Positions 63,383 to 64,000 of a stretch of DNA of 64,000 nucleotides are shown here, piece after piece; position 1 is the stretch's first letter, and the number at the start of each line of letters is the position of its first letter. The position numbers and the translations under genes are program-made. The notes under the pieces are model-generated. The model was not told the DNA's origin. It did not search any database and saw only the letters and a list, made by a program, of their open reading frames with translations. This DNA is from Escherichia phage vB_EcoM_ESCO8: the sequence record OM386653.1. One strand, 5' to 3'.

Positions 63383-63913
63383 TTATTTCTGGGCTTTTTT
63401 AAGTTCAGCAGCTTTTTGACGAATCAGTTCAGAAGCAGATTTAGCAACAGGTTCTTTGTTTTCAACATCAACACCTACTTCTTTGCCAAATTCTTTCTTA
63501 ACTGTTTCAACTTCTTCGCGAGCTTTTTCAAATGCGGTAACAACAGTTTCAGCAATTTCTTTGTTATCTACTAGGTATTTAACAAGTGCTTCAACTTTGT
63601 CTTCTTCAACATAGCCATAAGACTTAATTACATTGGTATAGTCTTCTTCGATACGAGCAATCTCTGCTTTACGAAGTTCTTCGGCTTCTGCCTTAGCTTT
63701 GTTGATTTCTTCCTGTGCTTTAGCTTCTGCCTCTGCACGAGCTTCAGCAGCAGCTTTTTCTACCGCTTCTGCAATCTGTGCTTTAATAAGGTCTTGCACC
63801 TCAGCAGATTTCAGGAATTCTTCTTTGTTAATATTTTCCAAAGGGGTATCTCCTTTATTTATATCGGTTGTGTTTGCAGATTCAAGATCTGCTGGATTAT
63901 CCTCTGCAATCAC
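63383..63913 (-). CDS. scaffolding protein-like (Ala/Glu/Lys-rich coiled coil)
   Basis: EAVEKAAAEARAEAEAKAQEEINKAKAEAEELRKAEIARIEE low-complexity coiled coil immediately upstream of decoration and capsid genes. Confidence 0.5.
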   Translation of the reverse strand: MIAEDNPADLESANTTDINKGDTPLENINKEEFLKSAEVQDLIKAQIAEAVEKAAAEARAEAEAKAQEEINKAKAEAEELRKAEIARIEEDYTNVIKSYGYVEEDKVEALVKYLVDNKEIAETVVTAFEKAREEVETVKKEFGKEVGVDVENKEPVAKSASELIRQKAAELKKAQK

Positions 63914-64000
63914 AGAGTCTTTATTAGTACGAGCTTCGTGAGCTTTTACTAAATAATCTTTTACGTGATCAAACTTAATTGCGCTCTTAACTAAATCACC

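Noticed and set aside
63856-63863. Minus-strand TATAAATA (T4-type late promoter consensus) followed by AAGGAGA inside the scaffold gene
   Set aside because: Single occurrence inside a coding region; no such motif was found upstream of the other structural genes, whose internal promoters look sigma70-like, so it is most likely coincidental.
1-64000. tRNA, rRNA and CRISPR arrays
   Set aside because: Intergenic regions are short and I found no GGTTCGA-type T-loops with matching acceptor stems, no rRNA-like stretches and no regularly spaced direct repeats.

Overview
This window reads as part of a virulent tailed phage genome with two convergent gene blocks meeting at a bidirectional terminator near 32.37 kb. 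The plus strand (1-32.35 kb) carries DNA-metabolism and accessory genes: a UvrD-family helicase, anaerobic class III ribonucleotide reductase NrdD/NrdG, a T7-type primase-helicase, a family A DNA polymerase, an SSB-like protein, a beta-class DNA methyltransferase, a four-gene glycosyltransferase cluster and a secreted SleB-type cell-wall hydrolase. The minus strand (32.39-63.9 kb) is the virion module: lambda-like scaffold, decoration and major capsid genes, then sheath, tube, a frameshifted chaperone pair and tape measure (myovirus-type tail), then baseplate genes and at least five large fibre/tailspike genes. The most unusual content is a phage-borne Ter-like module at about 8.9-18.3 kb: HAD hydrolase, phosphoribosyltransferase, macro-like domain, TerC-family membrane protein, TelA-like protein, vWA protein and a TerD gene that is its own highly expressed unit. 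Sigma70-like promoters and hairpin terminators with GNRA/UUCG-type loops recur throughout, and the highly expressed genes use enterobacterial-style codons, so the host is probably an enterobacterium (inference). No tRNA, rRNA, CRISPR array or integrase was seen. All calls rest on reading the supplied ORF translations and the sequence by eye; no database search or computed statistics were available.
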